Below are positions 28,989 through 38,792 of a DNA stretch of 64,000 nucleotides, one piece after another. How positions within the stretch are numbered: the first letter of the stretch is position 1; each line of letters opens with the position of its first letter. The notes below the pieces were generated by a model that saw nothing but the letters and a program-made list of their open reading frames with translations, ran no database searches and was not told the DNA's origin. The position numbers and the translations under genes were made by a program. This DNA is from an uncultured Clostridia bacterium (GTDB lineage Bacteria > Bacillota > Clostridia > Christensenellales > UBA1242), in assembly GCA_944362705.1 (NCBI GenBank), contig CALVTO010000001.1:17416-81415 (forward strand), written 5' to 3'.

Positions 28989-29896
28989 TGACAGATATTA
29001 TTGTTATTGGTGCGGGCGCCTCAGGAATGACTGCGGCGCTCTATGCACTAAGAAATGGCAAAAGCGTGCTTTTAATTGAAGGTAATGGTATTGGCGGGCA
29101 AATTGCACAATCGCCAAGGGTAGAGAATTTTCCTACCATTACCAAAATTTCTGGAAACGAACTTGCAGACAAGTTGTTCGAACAAATATCTGCAAAAGGC
29201 GTACAGTTTGAATTTGGCACAGTGCAAAACATACAAAAAAAAGGTGATACATTTGAGGTAACAACCGATTTTGATACCTACACAGCTAAAAGCGTAATTA
29301 TTGCCGCAGGGGTTCAACATCGTAAACTTCATTTACCAAAAGAAGAACAATTCATTGGGCATGGTATAAGTTACTGTGCACTATGTGATGGCGCTTTTTA
29401 TAAAGGGGAAGAAGTTGTTTTAATTGGCGATGGTAACACGGCATTGCAGTATGCGCTTTTACTTGCCAACGATTGCAAAAAGGTACATGTTGTGATTATG
29501 TTTGATACATTTTTTGGCGATCAAGCGCTTGTAGATGCTTTGGAAAAAACGCCAAATATAACAGTTACTAAACAAAGCAAACTCATTGCCTTAGAAGGAG
29601 AAGACTCTTTAACAGGTGTAACCTTTGAAAAACAAAATGGCGAAACATTTACCATAAAAACCAATGGTTTATTTGTGGCAATTGGGCAAGTACCTAAAAA
29701 CGAAATATTTGCCCACCTTGTGGATTTATCGAAAGAAGGGTACATTGTAGCTGACGAAACGTGTGAAACAAAAACAAAAGGGTTGTTTGTGTGTGGCGAT
29801 TGCCGTACAAAGCAAGTGCGTCAGTTAACAACAGCCTGTGGTGATGGTGCTATTGCTGGAACAAAAGCAAGCACGTATTGTTCAACATTACAGTAA
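28988..29896 (+). CDS. trxB: Low-Mr thioredoxin-reductase-like flavoprotein; the NADPH HRR motif is not evident
   Basis: GAGASGMTAALYA (FAD binding), redox CALCDG and GDGNTALQYAL. Where classical TrxR has HRRDxFRA, this protein reads VIMFDTFFGD. Its ATG overlaps the last base of the nrdD stop codon. Confidence 0.8.
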   Translation: MTDIIVIGAGASGMTAALYALRNGKSVLLIEGNGIGGQIAQSPRVENFPTITKISGNELADKLFEQISAKGVQFEFGTVQNIQKKGDTFEVTTDFDTYTAKSVIIAAGVQHRKLHLPKEEQFIGHGISYCALCDGAFYKGEEVVLIGDGNTALQYALLLANDCKKVHVVIMFDTFFGDQALVDALEKTPNITVTKQSKLIALEGEDSLTGVTFEKQNGETFTIKTNGLFVAIGQVPKNEIFAHLVDLSKEGYIVADETCETKTKGLFVCGDCRTKQVRQLTTACGDGAIAGTKASTYCSTLQ

Positions 29897-29928
29897 AAAA
29901 AGATGATGGTATACCATCATCTTTTTTT
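29895..29928. terminator. Bidirectional rho-independent terminator
   Basis: Palindrome AGATGATGGTA/TACCATCATCT flanked by A7 and T7. Confidence 0.85.
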
Positions 29929-29968
29929 ATTAATTTTTGTTTAAAACTAAAAAAATCAAAATATAGTT

Positions 29969-30511
29969 TTATAAATATTTGATAATATCTTCAAAAGATG
30001 TATAACCTGCACTGGCGTTAAAATGACCTGCTTTGTCGTACACAACTTCTTGTGCTTGAATAGATTTCGCAAAATCTTGTAATGCTTCAAGTTTAATATA
30101 TGGGTCGTTTTTCGAGTAAAAACAAATACGTTCTTTGCATAAATTTTTAAAGTTTGAAACATCTTTTACAAACATTAATTTATTTATATTATCAAATTCA
30201 GGCACGCCGACTTCAAAATTGTTTGCACCGCTAACTGCTATAAGTTTTGCAATTTTAAGGTTGTAAGTTAAGCAATATTTAATAAGAAATATAGGTGCGC
30301 TTGAATGGCAAATAAATACACTTTCTTCCGTTATTTTATCTTTTGCGGTATTTAATACTTTCGACCAATTTTCAAAATTATGACCTTCTGGCGTTGGATA
30401 ATTAAAGTTATATACGTCATATCCTTTTGCTTTTAATAAATCTTCAAGCCAACCAAACCAATTTTCTTTATTATGACCAAATGTGCCATGAATAATAAAA
30501 TAATTTTTCAT
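29969..30511 (-). CDS. Alpha/beta hydrolase (YdeN/RBBP9-like serine hydrolase)
   Basis: IIHGTFGHNKENWFGWL N-terminus and nucleophile-elbow-like ICHSSA. Confidence 0.45.
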   Translation of the reverse strand: MKNYFIIHGTFGHNKENWFGWLEDLLKAKGYDVYNFNYPTPEGHNFENWSKVLNTAKDKITEESVFICHSSAPIFLIKYCLTYNLKIAKLIAVSGANNFEVGVPEFDNINKLMFVKDVSNFKNLCKERICFYSKNDPYIKLEALQDFAKSIQAQEVVYDKAGHFNASAGYTSFEDIIKYL

Positions 30512-30589
30512 ATAAACTCCTTTTGCTTTTATATTTTATTTATAGTATTAAAATGTTAAATAAAAAGTAACTTGTTTAAGTTATATAAC

Positions 30590-31276
30590 CTAATACCCAC
30601 GTAAATATACGTTTGTAACAAATTGTTTTAATATTTGCTGGTATTGTTCGGCTGTTTGCTTAGATATTTCAGATAATCCTTGTTGCAGGCAACCGCCAAC
30701 ATCTTTAAAATGTTGTAAATATACCACTTGCGCGCCCTTTAGCATTTCACCCATTTCATATATATCTTCTTCTTCGTGATGCCCACCTACAAGCGTGGTG
30801 CGAAATTCGTACGGTATTAAGTTTCTTTTTAGCAAGTTTATAGATGTTTGTATATTCTTGGTGTTTATGTTAGGAACGCCTGTAGTAAAAGCGTAATTTG
30901 TAAATGAGTTTTTAATATCCATTGCTACATAATCTATAAGATGTTCTTTTATTAAAAATTCTAGCATGGCGGGGTTTGTTCCGTTAGTATCGAGTTTTAC
31001 GGCATAACCAAGTTCTTTTATTTTTTTTATAAATTCAGGCAAGTCGGGGTAAATGGTGGGTTCGCCACCAGATACAACAACTGCATTTAATACGGCTTTA
31101 CGTTTTTTTAAAAAAGCAAAAATTTCTTCTTGTGCTATTTCTGGCTCATCGCCCATAACAATGCTTGCATTATGGCAAAACGGGCAACGAAAATTACAAC
31201 CGCCTGTAAAAATAATGCAAGCAGTTTTTTCTGGGTAATCAACCAAAGTTAATTTATCTAATCCTACAATTTTCAT
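30590..31276 (-). CDS. nrdG: Anaerobic ribonucleotide reductase activating radical SAM protein
   Basis: IFTGGCNFRCPFCHN and VVSGGEPT. Its size and its neighbourhood with nrdD fit. Confidence 0.85.
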   Translation of the reverse strand: MKIVGLDKLTLVDYPEKTACIIFTGGCNFRCPFCHNASIVMGDEPEIAQEEIFAFLKKRKAVLNAVVVSGGEPTIYPDLPEFIKKIKELGYAVKLDTNGTNPAMLEFLIKEHLIDYVAMDIKNSFTNYAFTTGVPNINTKNIQTSINLLKRNLIPYEFRTTLVGGHHEEEDIYEMGEMLKGAQVVYLQHFKDVGGCLQQGLSEISKQTAEQYQQILKQFVTNVYLRGY

Positions 31277-31386
31277 AATTTTATTGTACTTTTTTTACAA
31301 GGAAATGTCAATGAATGTGCACTTTTGGTTTGTTTTCTATGGTAATTGTGTTACTATATACAAAAGAAATAGAAGGTGGTAGAAAT

Positions 31387-31902
31387 ATGCAGGCAATTGC
31401 AACGTTTGAAAAAGTATCTTTTACGCAATTTAAAAAAGATTGGGTGCAAACTTTTGGTGCAACAAGCGAGCAAAAGTTAAAAGAAATTTACGAAGCAATT
31501 TTATTACCTAAGCGCGCGACGAAAAGTTCTGCAGGTTACGACATTTTTGCACCAATTTCTTTTGTGTTAAACCCACAAAAAGAAATTTTTCTTCCAACAG
31601 GTATTCGTTGCCATATGGATGAAGGTTGGACCATGTTATTGTTTAGCCGTAGTGGGTTAGGTACGAAATTTTATGTGCGTTTAGCTACGTGCGTGTCTGT
31701 TATTGATGGCGATTATTATTATGCGAACAACGAAGGGCATATATTTATAAAAGTGCGCAATGAAAGCACGCAAAATGTACCTGTAGAAATATCTGCTGGT
31801 AGCGGTTTTGCGCAAGGCGTGTTTGTGCCTTTTGGCGTTACAACTAACGATACGGCAGACGGCGAACGTGTAGGAGGTTTTGGAAGCACAACCAAAGCCT
31901 AA
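31387..31902 (+). CDS. dut: dUTP diphosphatase
   Basis: RBS GAAGGTGG. Motifs RATKSSAGYDIFAP, VIDGDY and GGFGSTT. Confidence 0.8.
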   Translation: MQAIATFEKVSFTQFKKDWVQTFGATSEQKLKEIYEAILLPKRATKSSAGYDIFAPISFVLNPQKEIFLPTGIRCHMDEGWTMLLFSRSGLGTKFYVRLATCVSVIDGDYYYANNEGHIFIKVRNESTQNVPVEISAGSGFAQGVFVPFGVTTNDTADGERVGGFGSTTKA

Positions 31903-31912
31903 AGGAGAGAGT

Positions 31913-32737
31913 ATGATCCAATTAGTATGTGATTCTTCTATTGGAATTCCTGAGGCTTACGCAAAAGAACACAATATTTCTATTGTGCCTTTACGCGTTT
32001 TAGTGGGCGACAAGGAATTTGAAGAGGATTATGAAAAAGATTATTCGGCGATGTTTGAAGAAGTAGAGCAAACCAAGCAATATCCAAAAACTAGCCAAGT
32101 TTCGTATGAACTGTATAAACAAGCATTTGATACTATTTTAAGTAACAACCATGAAGTTATTTGTGTAACCATTGCTTCTAGTTTAAGTGGAACAAATAGC
32201 GTGGCGCATTTAGCAAAAAATGATTGTTTAAACCCCGAATTGGTAACAATTATAGATAGTGGCAATGTAGCGCAACCTTCTTTTATGCTTGTTGCATACA
32301 TTATAGAGCAAATACATTTAGGAAAAACACGTGAGGAAATTGCTACTTTGTGCCCAGAAGTTATTGCAAAATGTCATGTTGTGTTTGTTCCTGAAACGTT
32401 AGGCTATTTAAAGCATGGTGGCAGAATAGGAAAAATAAGTGCGTTACTTGGTTCTATTTTGCAAATAAAACCTATATTAAGGTTTACAAATAATTGTTTA
32501 AGCATTGCCAAAAAATCGTTAGGCATGATGCGTGCTTTGGCAGACATGGTTGCGCTTATACCGCAAAAGATAAAAAAACTGTTTGTGCTAAAATGTGGTC
32601 CTGTAAAAAATTATGACATATTAAAGCAGCTTGTAGAAAAAAAAGAAAATATTGGCGCATATAGTGAAGGCTATATTGGTCCAGTAATTGGTGCGCATGT
32701 AGGTCCGGCGGTTGGTTTAGCTTGGATGGAGGAATAG
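31913..32737 (+). CDS. DegV-family fatty-acid-binding protein
   Basis: AAGGAGAG RBS. Motifs IQLVCDSS, SSLSGTNSVA and GHVGPAVG. Confidence 0.8.
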   Translation: MIQLVCDSSIGIPEAYAKEHNISIVPLRVLVGDKEFEEDYEKDYSAMFEEVEQTKQYPKTSQVSYELYKQAFDTILSNNHEVICVTIASSLSGTNSVAHLAKNDCLNPELVTIIDSGNVAQPSFMLVAYIIEQIHLGKTREEIATLCPEVIAKCHVVFVPETLGYLKHGGRIGKISALLGSILQIKPILRFTNNCLSIAKKSLGMMRALADMVALIPQKIKKLFVLKCGPVKNYDILKQLVEKKENIGAYSEGYIGPVIGAHVGPAVGLAWMEE

Positions 32738-32738
32738 T

Positions 32739-33359
32739 ATGGCTGAAAAAATAACAAATAGTCCTTATGAAATTTTTGTGAATTGTGTATATGGTCTTAT
32801 AGGCCTTATTTGCATATTATTTGCGGAAACAATTTCTTTAAATTTAGGCGTTATTCTTGGGCTTATTTTGTTGATTGGTGCTATTTTATCTTTTATAAAT
32901 TTCTTTATTTCTAAGCCGTACTTAGTTGGTTTATATGGCGGGCTTATGCAAAGCTTTGCTATATTATTTGCTTCTATTTTATGCTTTATTTTTGCGCAAC
33001 AAGCATTTCGGTTTATTACCGTTGTTATTGGTATTATTGCTCTTATTTCTGGGTTAACCAATTTTGTGGTTGCTATTATTAACGCTTGGATGAAAGAGCA
33101 TTGTTTGTGGGATATTTTAGATGCTATATGTCAATCTGTTTTAGGTATATTACTTATTTCAAATGCCCAAGGTCTTATATACACTATCATTATATTATTT
33201 GGCATATATTTGCTTGTAAAAGCTATTATACAAATTTGTGTTGTTTTATATAAAGATGCATATAGAAAAAAATATCAAGAAAAAAATCAATTAGACCCCA
33301 TAGATATTGAGGAATATGTTGTACATACAGAGCAAATAAAGGAGAAGAACGAACAGTAG
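32739..33359 (+). CDS. Multi-pass membrane protein (possibly DUF308/HdeD-like)
   Basis: Five to six hydrophobic helices with a charged tail. Confidence 0.4.
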   Translation: MAEKITNSPYEIFVNCVYGLIGLICILFAETISLNLGVILGLILLIGAILSFINFFISKPYLVGLYGGLMQSFAILFASILCFIFAQQAFRFITVVIGIIALISGLTNFVVAIINAWMKEHCLWDILDAICQSVLGILLISNAQGLIYTIIILFGIYLLVKAIIQICVVLYKDAYRKKYQEKNQLDPIDIEEYVVHTEQIKEKNEQ

Positions 33360-33423
33360 TTTCGTTCTTTTTTTGCATGTTTTAGCAAAGCAAGCATACA
33401 TTGAAACTATGGGAGAAAAGGCA

Positions 33424-36078
33424 ATGTATGCATTAAAAAAAGATGATGTTTTACAGAAGTTGCAAACAACAAGAAGTGGTTTAACCGATGCCGAAATAGA
33501 ACAGCGTAGGCAAACGTTTGGCAAAAATGAAATTGTTGCCAAGAAAAAAGAAACCATTGTGCATAAATTTTTTATGCAGTTTAAAAATGTAATGGTAATT
33601 ATATTGCTAATTTCGGCAGTCATTTCTTTATCGCTTGCAATATATAAAAAAGAATATAACGATTTATTTGAAGGTTTTGTTATATTATTTATTGTGTTTT
33701 TAAATGCAACCATTGGGGTGATTCAAGAAGTAAAAGCGGAAGACGCCATTGGAAAACTGAACCAAAGTATGGAATTAAAGGCACGCGTATACAGAAATGG
33801 TGTGCTAGTAAAGTTGCCAAATTCTGAACTTGTGGTAGGTGATATTGTTGTTTTACAATCGGGTGATGTTATTCCTGCAGATATACGCTTATTAGAAACA
33901 CATTCGTTAAAATGTAATGAAAGCAGTATTACGGGCGAATCGGAGCAGGTTTTAAAAAATGAAAATGTAGTGTTGCCCGCTAATGCACTCATAAATGAAA
34001 GAAAAAACATGGCATTCCGCGGGGCTGTGGTAACTTATGGACACGGTTTAGGTGTGGTAACAGCCGTAGGTCAGCATTCTGAAATGGGCAAAATTGCTTC
34101 CATGCTAGAAGACCATGTAAAAAGGCAAACGCCATTAGAAAAAAGTATTGCTAAAATTGGTAGAATTACTTCTTTTGCTGTATTGTTTATTTCTGTTATT
34201 ATCTTTTTTATGCAACTACTTGTGAATAAAAATATGGATATATTGCACGCGTTTATGGTGTCGGTTGCGCTTGCGGTGGCTGCTATACCGGAAAGTTTAC
34301 CGGCAATTATTACCATAATTATGGCATTGGGGGTTCAAAAACTTGCAAAACAACGTGCCATTGTGCGTAAGTTAAGCGCCGTAGAAACGTTGGGTAGTTG
34401 TACATGTATAGCAAGTGATAAAACGGGTACCATTACGCAAAACAAATTGCGTATTCAAAAAATTTACACATCACAAAATGTTTTCGATGTACGTGCACCA
34501 CAAGAACAATCTATGAATGCGTTGGTTACGTTTTTAGCTCTTTGTAATAATGTGGAAGAAAGCCATGGCAGTTTTTTAGGAAATCAGGTAGATATTGCAT
34601 GTGCTGAGTGGGCAATAGAGCAAGGCGCAACGCTAGAAAAAGTACGGGTTATGTACCCGCGGGTAAATGAAATACCTTTTGATAGCAAGCGAAAAAGTAT
34701 GGTAACCGTGCATAAAGGCGCGGATGGATATGTAGCTATTGAAAAAGGTGCCTATGATTATTTACTAAACAGGTGTGATTCCGTTATTTTAAATGGAAAA
34801 GTACAAAAGCTCACGCATGCATTGCGCATGCAAATACACGAAGCAAATTCTGCGCTGGCAAAAGAGGCCTTGCGGGTTATAGGCGTTGCGTTTAAAGAAA
34901 GTAAACAAGAACATATGGATACGTCTGATGGGTTTACGTTTTTAGCGCTTGTAGGCATGATAGACCCGCCGAGACCTGAGGTAAAGCAAGCAATTGTTAC
35001 TTGCAAACGTGCAGGTATGCGCCCTATTATGATTACGGGTGACCACAAAGACACGGCCCTAGCGATAGCCCGTGAAGTTGGCATTGCGCATAATGAAAAC
35101 GAAGTCATAACGGGCGAACAACTTGCTAGCATGGATGATGCTACATTGCGCAATAAAATTCAAAAAATTTCTGTTTTTGCGCGGGTGGTTCCAGAACATA
35201 AAGTTCGTATTGTAAAGGCTTTACAAAGTTTAGGACATGTGGTTGCCATGACGGGAGATGGCGTAAATGATGCGCCTAGCATTAAAAAAGCAGACATTGG
35301 TGTGGGCATGGGCGTTGGCGGTAGCGATGTTACAAAAATGGTTGCCGACGTTGTTCTAGCCGACGATAATTTTGCAAGCATTGTGGTGGCGGTTGAAGAA
35401 GGAAGAAAAGTGTATGCAAATATTGGCAAAGCAGTGCAATTTTTGCTATCTACGAACGCAGTAGAAGTGCTTGCCATGTTGTTTTGTGTGCTACTATATC
35501 CGTTAGGCGTTTTCTTATATCCGGCGCAAATACTTTTTATCAATTTAGTTACCGATAGTCTTCCAGCGTTTGCTTTGGGCTTAGAAAAAGGCGACCCGCA
35601 TTTAATAGAACAGCCACCAAGAAAGGTAGGGTCGCATGTACTTTCTGGGGTTCTGGGTTGGTCGATTGTGTATCAATCTATTGTACAAACGGTTATTGTG
35701 CTAAGCGTATTTGTATTTGGCATAAAATATTTTGGCAACGAAGTTGCGTCTACCATGGCGTTTTACACCATTATTTACATGCAGTGGTTACATTGCTTAA
35801 ATGTACGCAGTCAACAAAGTGTGTTTGATCAAAAACCTTTTCAAAATAAAGTTTTCACCTTGTGTTTTCTTTTAACATTTGGCTTAAATATGCTGGTAAC
35901 CGTATTCCCAATGATGCGCATGTTGTTTGGGTTAGAAACTTTACATGCAAATCAATGGTTAACCGTTATGATTGCTTCTGTTAGTGTTATACCTGTGGTA
36001 GAAATTATAAAAGCAATTACCAATGCATACCTTAACAGAAAACAAATTTTAGGAAAAAAAGCTTGGCATAAAGCATAA
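33424..36078 (+). CDS. Cation-transporting P-type ATPase (Ca2+/P2-type-like)
   Basis: TGES, CIASDKTGTITQNKL, MITGDHKDTA and MTGDGVNDAPSIKKADIG. GGGAGAAAAGG RBS before the ATG at 33424. Confidence 0.9.
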   Translation: MYALKKDDVLQKLQTTRSGLTDAEIEQRRQTFGKNEIVAKKKETIVHKFFMQFKNVMVIILLISAVISLSLAIYKKEYNDLFEGFVILFIVFLNATIGVIQEVKAEDAIGKLNQSMELKARVYRNGVLVKLPNSELVVGDIVVLQSGDVIPADIRLLETHSLKCNESSITGESEQVLKNENVVLPANALINERKNMAFRGAVVTYGHGLGVVTAVGQHSEMGKIASMLEDHVKRQTPLEKSIAKIGRITSFAVLFISVIIFFMQLLVNKNMDILHAFMVSVALAVAAIPESLPAIITIIMALGVQKLAKQRAIVRKLSAVETLGSCTCIASDKTGTITQNKLRIQKIYTSQNVFDVRAPQEQSMNALVTFLALCNNVEESHGSFLGNQVDIACAEWAIEQGATLEKVRVMYPRVNEIPFDSKRKSMVTVHKGADGYVAIEKGAYDYLLNRCDSVILNGKVQKLTHALRMQIHEANSALAKEALRVIGVAFKESKQEHMDTSDGFTFLALVGMIDPPRPEVKQAIVTCKRAGMRPIMITGDHKDTALAIAREVGIAHNENEVITGEQLASMDDATLRNKIQKISVFARVVPEHKVRIVKALQSLGHVVAMTGDGVNDAPSIKKADIGVGMGVGGSDVTKMVADVVLADDNFASIVVAVEEGRKVYANIGKAVQFLLSTNAVEVLAMLFCVLLYPLGVFLYPAQILFINLVTDSLPAFALGLEKGDPHLIEQPPRKVGSHVLSGVLGWSIVYQSIVQTVIVLSVFVFGIKYFGNEVASTMAFYTIIYMQWLHCLNVRSQQSVFDQKPFQNKVFTLCFLLTFGLNMLVTVFPMMRMLFGLETLHANQWLTVMIASVSVIPVVEIIKAITNAYLNRKQILGKKAWHKA

Positions 36079-36104
36079 AAAAAACGGCAATTGCCGTTTT
36101 TTTA
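36077..36104. terminator. Bidirectional terminator shared by the ATPase and gpsA
   Basis: Palindrome ACGGCAA/TTGCCGT flanked by A and T runs. Confidence 0.8.
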
Positions 36105-37103
36105 TTCGTTTTTTAAAGGTGTTCGCATTAACTGTTGAATGGTTTCTTGAATGGTTGCATGTTCAAATAAGCATTTGTAAATACCTTCAATGATTGGCAA
36201 GTGTATATGATGTTTTTGCGCCTGTTGGTACATGGCTTTTGTTGTCATAACACCTTCAGCTAATTTATTGTAAGGTTTGTTTTTTGCAAGCGCTTCTCCG
36301 TAAAGTCTGTTTTGTGAAAATTCTGAAAATAAAGTTGTTTCAAAATCTCCCAAGTGTGCTAACCCAAAGGCTGTTATATAATTTCCACCTTCTTTTTCTA
36401 TATACGTTGCAACTTCTTTTGCACCCAGCGTCATAAGTGGGCCTTTTAAACTTGCCATGTGTAAACCATCTAATGCGCCTGCGGCAATGCCTAATACATT
36501 TTTTGCAGCTGCTCCAATTTCGCACCCTATAATATCTGTATTTACATAAAATTTTAACAGTGGGGAAGTAAGTTGTTCTGCTAAAAAGTATGCAAGTTTT
36601 TCATTATATGCACTAACGACCATGCAATTTGGTTTTCCAGCAACCAAATCTTGCACGTGCCCCGGACCTGCTAATATAGCTAAATTTTCTTTTGGTATAC
36701 CACATTCTTGTGCTACCTGTGTTAAGCGTTTGCCTGTTTCGTTTTCTATACCTTTCATGCATAATATAAACGTTTTATTGCTTATGTTATACGTTGTTAC
36801 GGTTGATAAAAAAGAGCGCAATGCCTGCGAACTAATTGAAATAAAAATATAATCACTTTCTAATGCTTTTTGAAGGTTAGAAGTGAATTCTACTTCTTGG
36901 GGCATAGTTAAGTATTCGTTTTTTCTTGTTTTTACAAATTCTATAAAGTGAGGGTCGTTTTCTTGGTTCCAAGATATGGTTTTATTGCCTATTTTATGGT
37001 TGTACCATGCGAGTAACGAACCCCATCTTCCTGCGCCTAATACGCTTACGTGTAATGTTTGTTTCATTTGTTTAGTATACTCCGTTATGTTGATTTTAGT
37101 CAA
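36102..37103 (-). CDS. gpsA: NAD(P)H-dependent glycerol-3-phosphate dehydrogenase
   Basis: VLGAGRWGSLLAW Rossmann motif and a GpsA-like C-terminal half (GAAAKNVLGIAAG). Confidence 0.85.
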   Translation of the reverse strand: MTKINITEYTKQMKQTLHVSVLGAGRWGSLLAWYNHKIGNKTISWNQENDPHFIEFVKTRKNEYLTMPQEVEFTSNLQKALESDYIFISISSQALRSFLSTVTTYNISNKTFILCMKGIENETGKRLTQVAQECGIPKENLAILAGPGHVQDLVAGKPNCMVVSAYNEKLAYFLAEQLTSPLLKFYVNTDIIGCEIGAAAKNVLGIAAGALDGLHMASLKGPLMTLGAKEVATYIEKEGGNYITAFGLAHLGDFETTLFSEFSQNRLYGEALAKNKPYNKLAEGVMTTKAMYQQAQKHHIHLPIIEGIYKCLFEHATIQETIQQLMRTPLKNE

Positions 37104-37120
37104 TGAAAATAGGTGTGTTT

Positions 37121-37708
37121 TTAAGATAATGGCAAATATGTTTGTTGCTTCATTAAAATTTTCACATTTTCGTAAAATTCTTCTTCGCTTATTGGTGTTT
37201 TATTTTCTAACCACCACACAGCCATTTGCATACAACCGCCGGTTAAAAATTGAGCCAATATGTCTTTGTGTATAGTTAAAGAAGGAAATTGCTTTCTGTT
37301 TTTTACAAATAAATACTTAATAGAACGAGAAATGCTTTCTGTAAATATTTCTATCATGGGGTGTGTTGGATTATGATACATAATTTGTTCAATAATTGTT
37401 CTGTTTTCGTACAAAAAATGAATGGCTATTTTTGCGAGCTGTAAAAACATTTCTTCTGTTTGTTCGGCGGGTATGTGCTTGGCGTGAAGCGTATCGAAAA
37501 TTTTTTCTTTTACTTCGTCAATGGCGTAAGAAAGTAAGTCGTTTTTATTGTTAAAATAGTGATAAAACGTAGTTCTGTGTATAAACGCTTTTTGGCATAT
37601 TTCCTCTATGCGAATTTGCTCATAAGACTTTTGCGTTAATAATGAAAATAATGTATAGCTTAATATTCGGCATGTTCGTTTCATGCGTAAATCTTGTTTA
37701 TGTTCCAT
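37121..37708 (-). CDS. TetR-family transcriptional regulator
   Basis: HTH region IRIEEICQKAFIHRTTFYHYFNNKNDLL. Confidence 0.8.
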   Translation of the reverse strand: MEHKQDLRMKRTCRILSYTLFSLLTQKSYEQIRIEEICQKAFIHRTTFYHYFNNKNDLLSYAIDEVKEKIFDTLHAKHIPAEQTEEMFLQLAKIAIHFLYENRTIIEQIMYHNPTHPMIEIFTESISRSIKYLFVKNRKQFPSLTIHKDILAQFLTGGCMQMAVWWLENKTPISEEEFYENVKILMKQQTYLPLS

Positions 37709-37745
37709 ACTATTCTCCTGTAGGTATTGTACGTAATATTTTTTT

Positions 37746-37785
37746 ATTTGTCTACAAATTTTGATATGTGTAGATTATTTCTACA
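37746..37785. promoter_or_regulatory. Candidate TetR operator: TCTACA/TGTAGA half-sites (37751-56, 37769-74, 37780-85) and palindrome ATTTGTctACAAAT (37746-59)
   Basis: The inverted repeats were read directly in the divergent TetR/ABC intergenic region. Confidence 0.45.
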
Positions 37786-37867
37786 AAATTATTAAATTGC
37801 ATTATAAAATTGTTGCATTTTTTTTATATATCACATACCCTTAAAGTATAAAGAAGGGAGGCGAAAT

Positions 37868-38791
37868 ATGGAACAAATTTCTGTAAACCATGTAACAAAA
37901 GATTATGGCCATGGGCGTGGTATTTTTGATGTTTCGTTTTCTATTCAAAAAGGCGAAGTTTTTGGCTTTTTAGGCCCGAATGGGGCAGGTAAAAGTACGG
38001 CTATACGGCATATTATGGGGTTTAGCAAACCAGATAAAGGTACAATTACGGTACTTGGGCAAGATACATGGAAGCACTATGATAAAATTTTAGGAAATGT
38101 GGGGTATTTGCCTGGGGAAATTGCTTTACCGGCTGGGCTAACAGGTTACCAGTTTATCGATATGATGAAGCAATTAAAAGGTATGAAAGACGATACCTTT
38201 TTAAAGTATTTAATGAAAACGTTTGAATTAGACCCTAGCGGTGAAACGAAACGCATGAGTTTAGGGGTGAAGCGAAAACTGGCAGTGGTTGTTGCTTTTA
38301 TGAATGACCCAGATATTTTAATTTTAGATGAGCCCACAAGTGGGTTAGACCCTGTTATGCAACAGGTATTTATCGAGTTTATAAAAAATGAAAAAAAACG
38401 TGGAAAAACCATTTTATTAAGTAGCCATATGTTTGGTGAGGTTGATGCCACGTGTGACCGTATTGCAATTATTAAAGAAGGGAAAATTGTCACAACGTTT
38501 GACGCGGCAGAATTGAAGCATAATACCAATAAAAACTATGCAATTACGTTTCAAACGGGTCAATCGTACCATGCGTTTTTTAAAGAGTATGCATCTAGTA
38601 AAGATTTTCGTATAGTCGATACATTACCAGATGAAAGAAAAATGATTGTAAATATTGAAGATGCAAACATCAACTGTTTAACAAGCGCGTTGGCAAAATA
38701 TAAAATTCAAGAGTTTCACCATATGCGTAAAACGCTTGAAGAACATTTTATGAGTTATTATAAAGAAGATACGCAATTTGGAGGTGTGTAA
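37868..38791 (+). CDS. ABC transporter ATP-binding protein
   Basis: GPNGAGKST and ILILDEPTSGLD. Confidence 0.9.
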   Translation: MEQISVNHVTKDYGHGRGIFDVSFSIQKGEVFGFLGPNGAGKSTAIRHIMGFSKPDKGTITVLGQDTWKHYDKILGNVGYLPGEIALPAGLTGYQFIDMMKQLKGMKDDTFLKYLMKTFELDPSGETKRMSLGVKRKLAVVVAFMNDPDILILDEPTSGLDPVMQQVFIEFIKNEKKRGKTILLSSHMFGEVDATCDRIAIIKEGKIVTTFDAAELKHNTNKNYAITFQTGQSYHAFFKEYASSKDFRIVDTLPDERKMIVNIEDANINCLTSALAKYKIQEFHHMRKTLEEHFMSYYKEDTQFGGV

Positions 38792-38792
38792 T

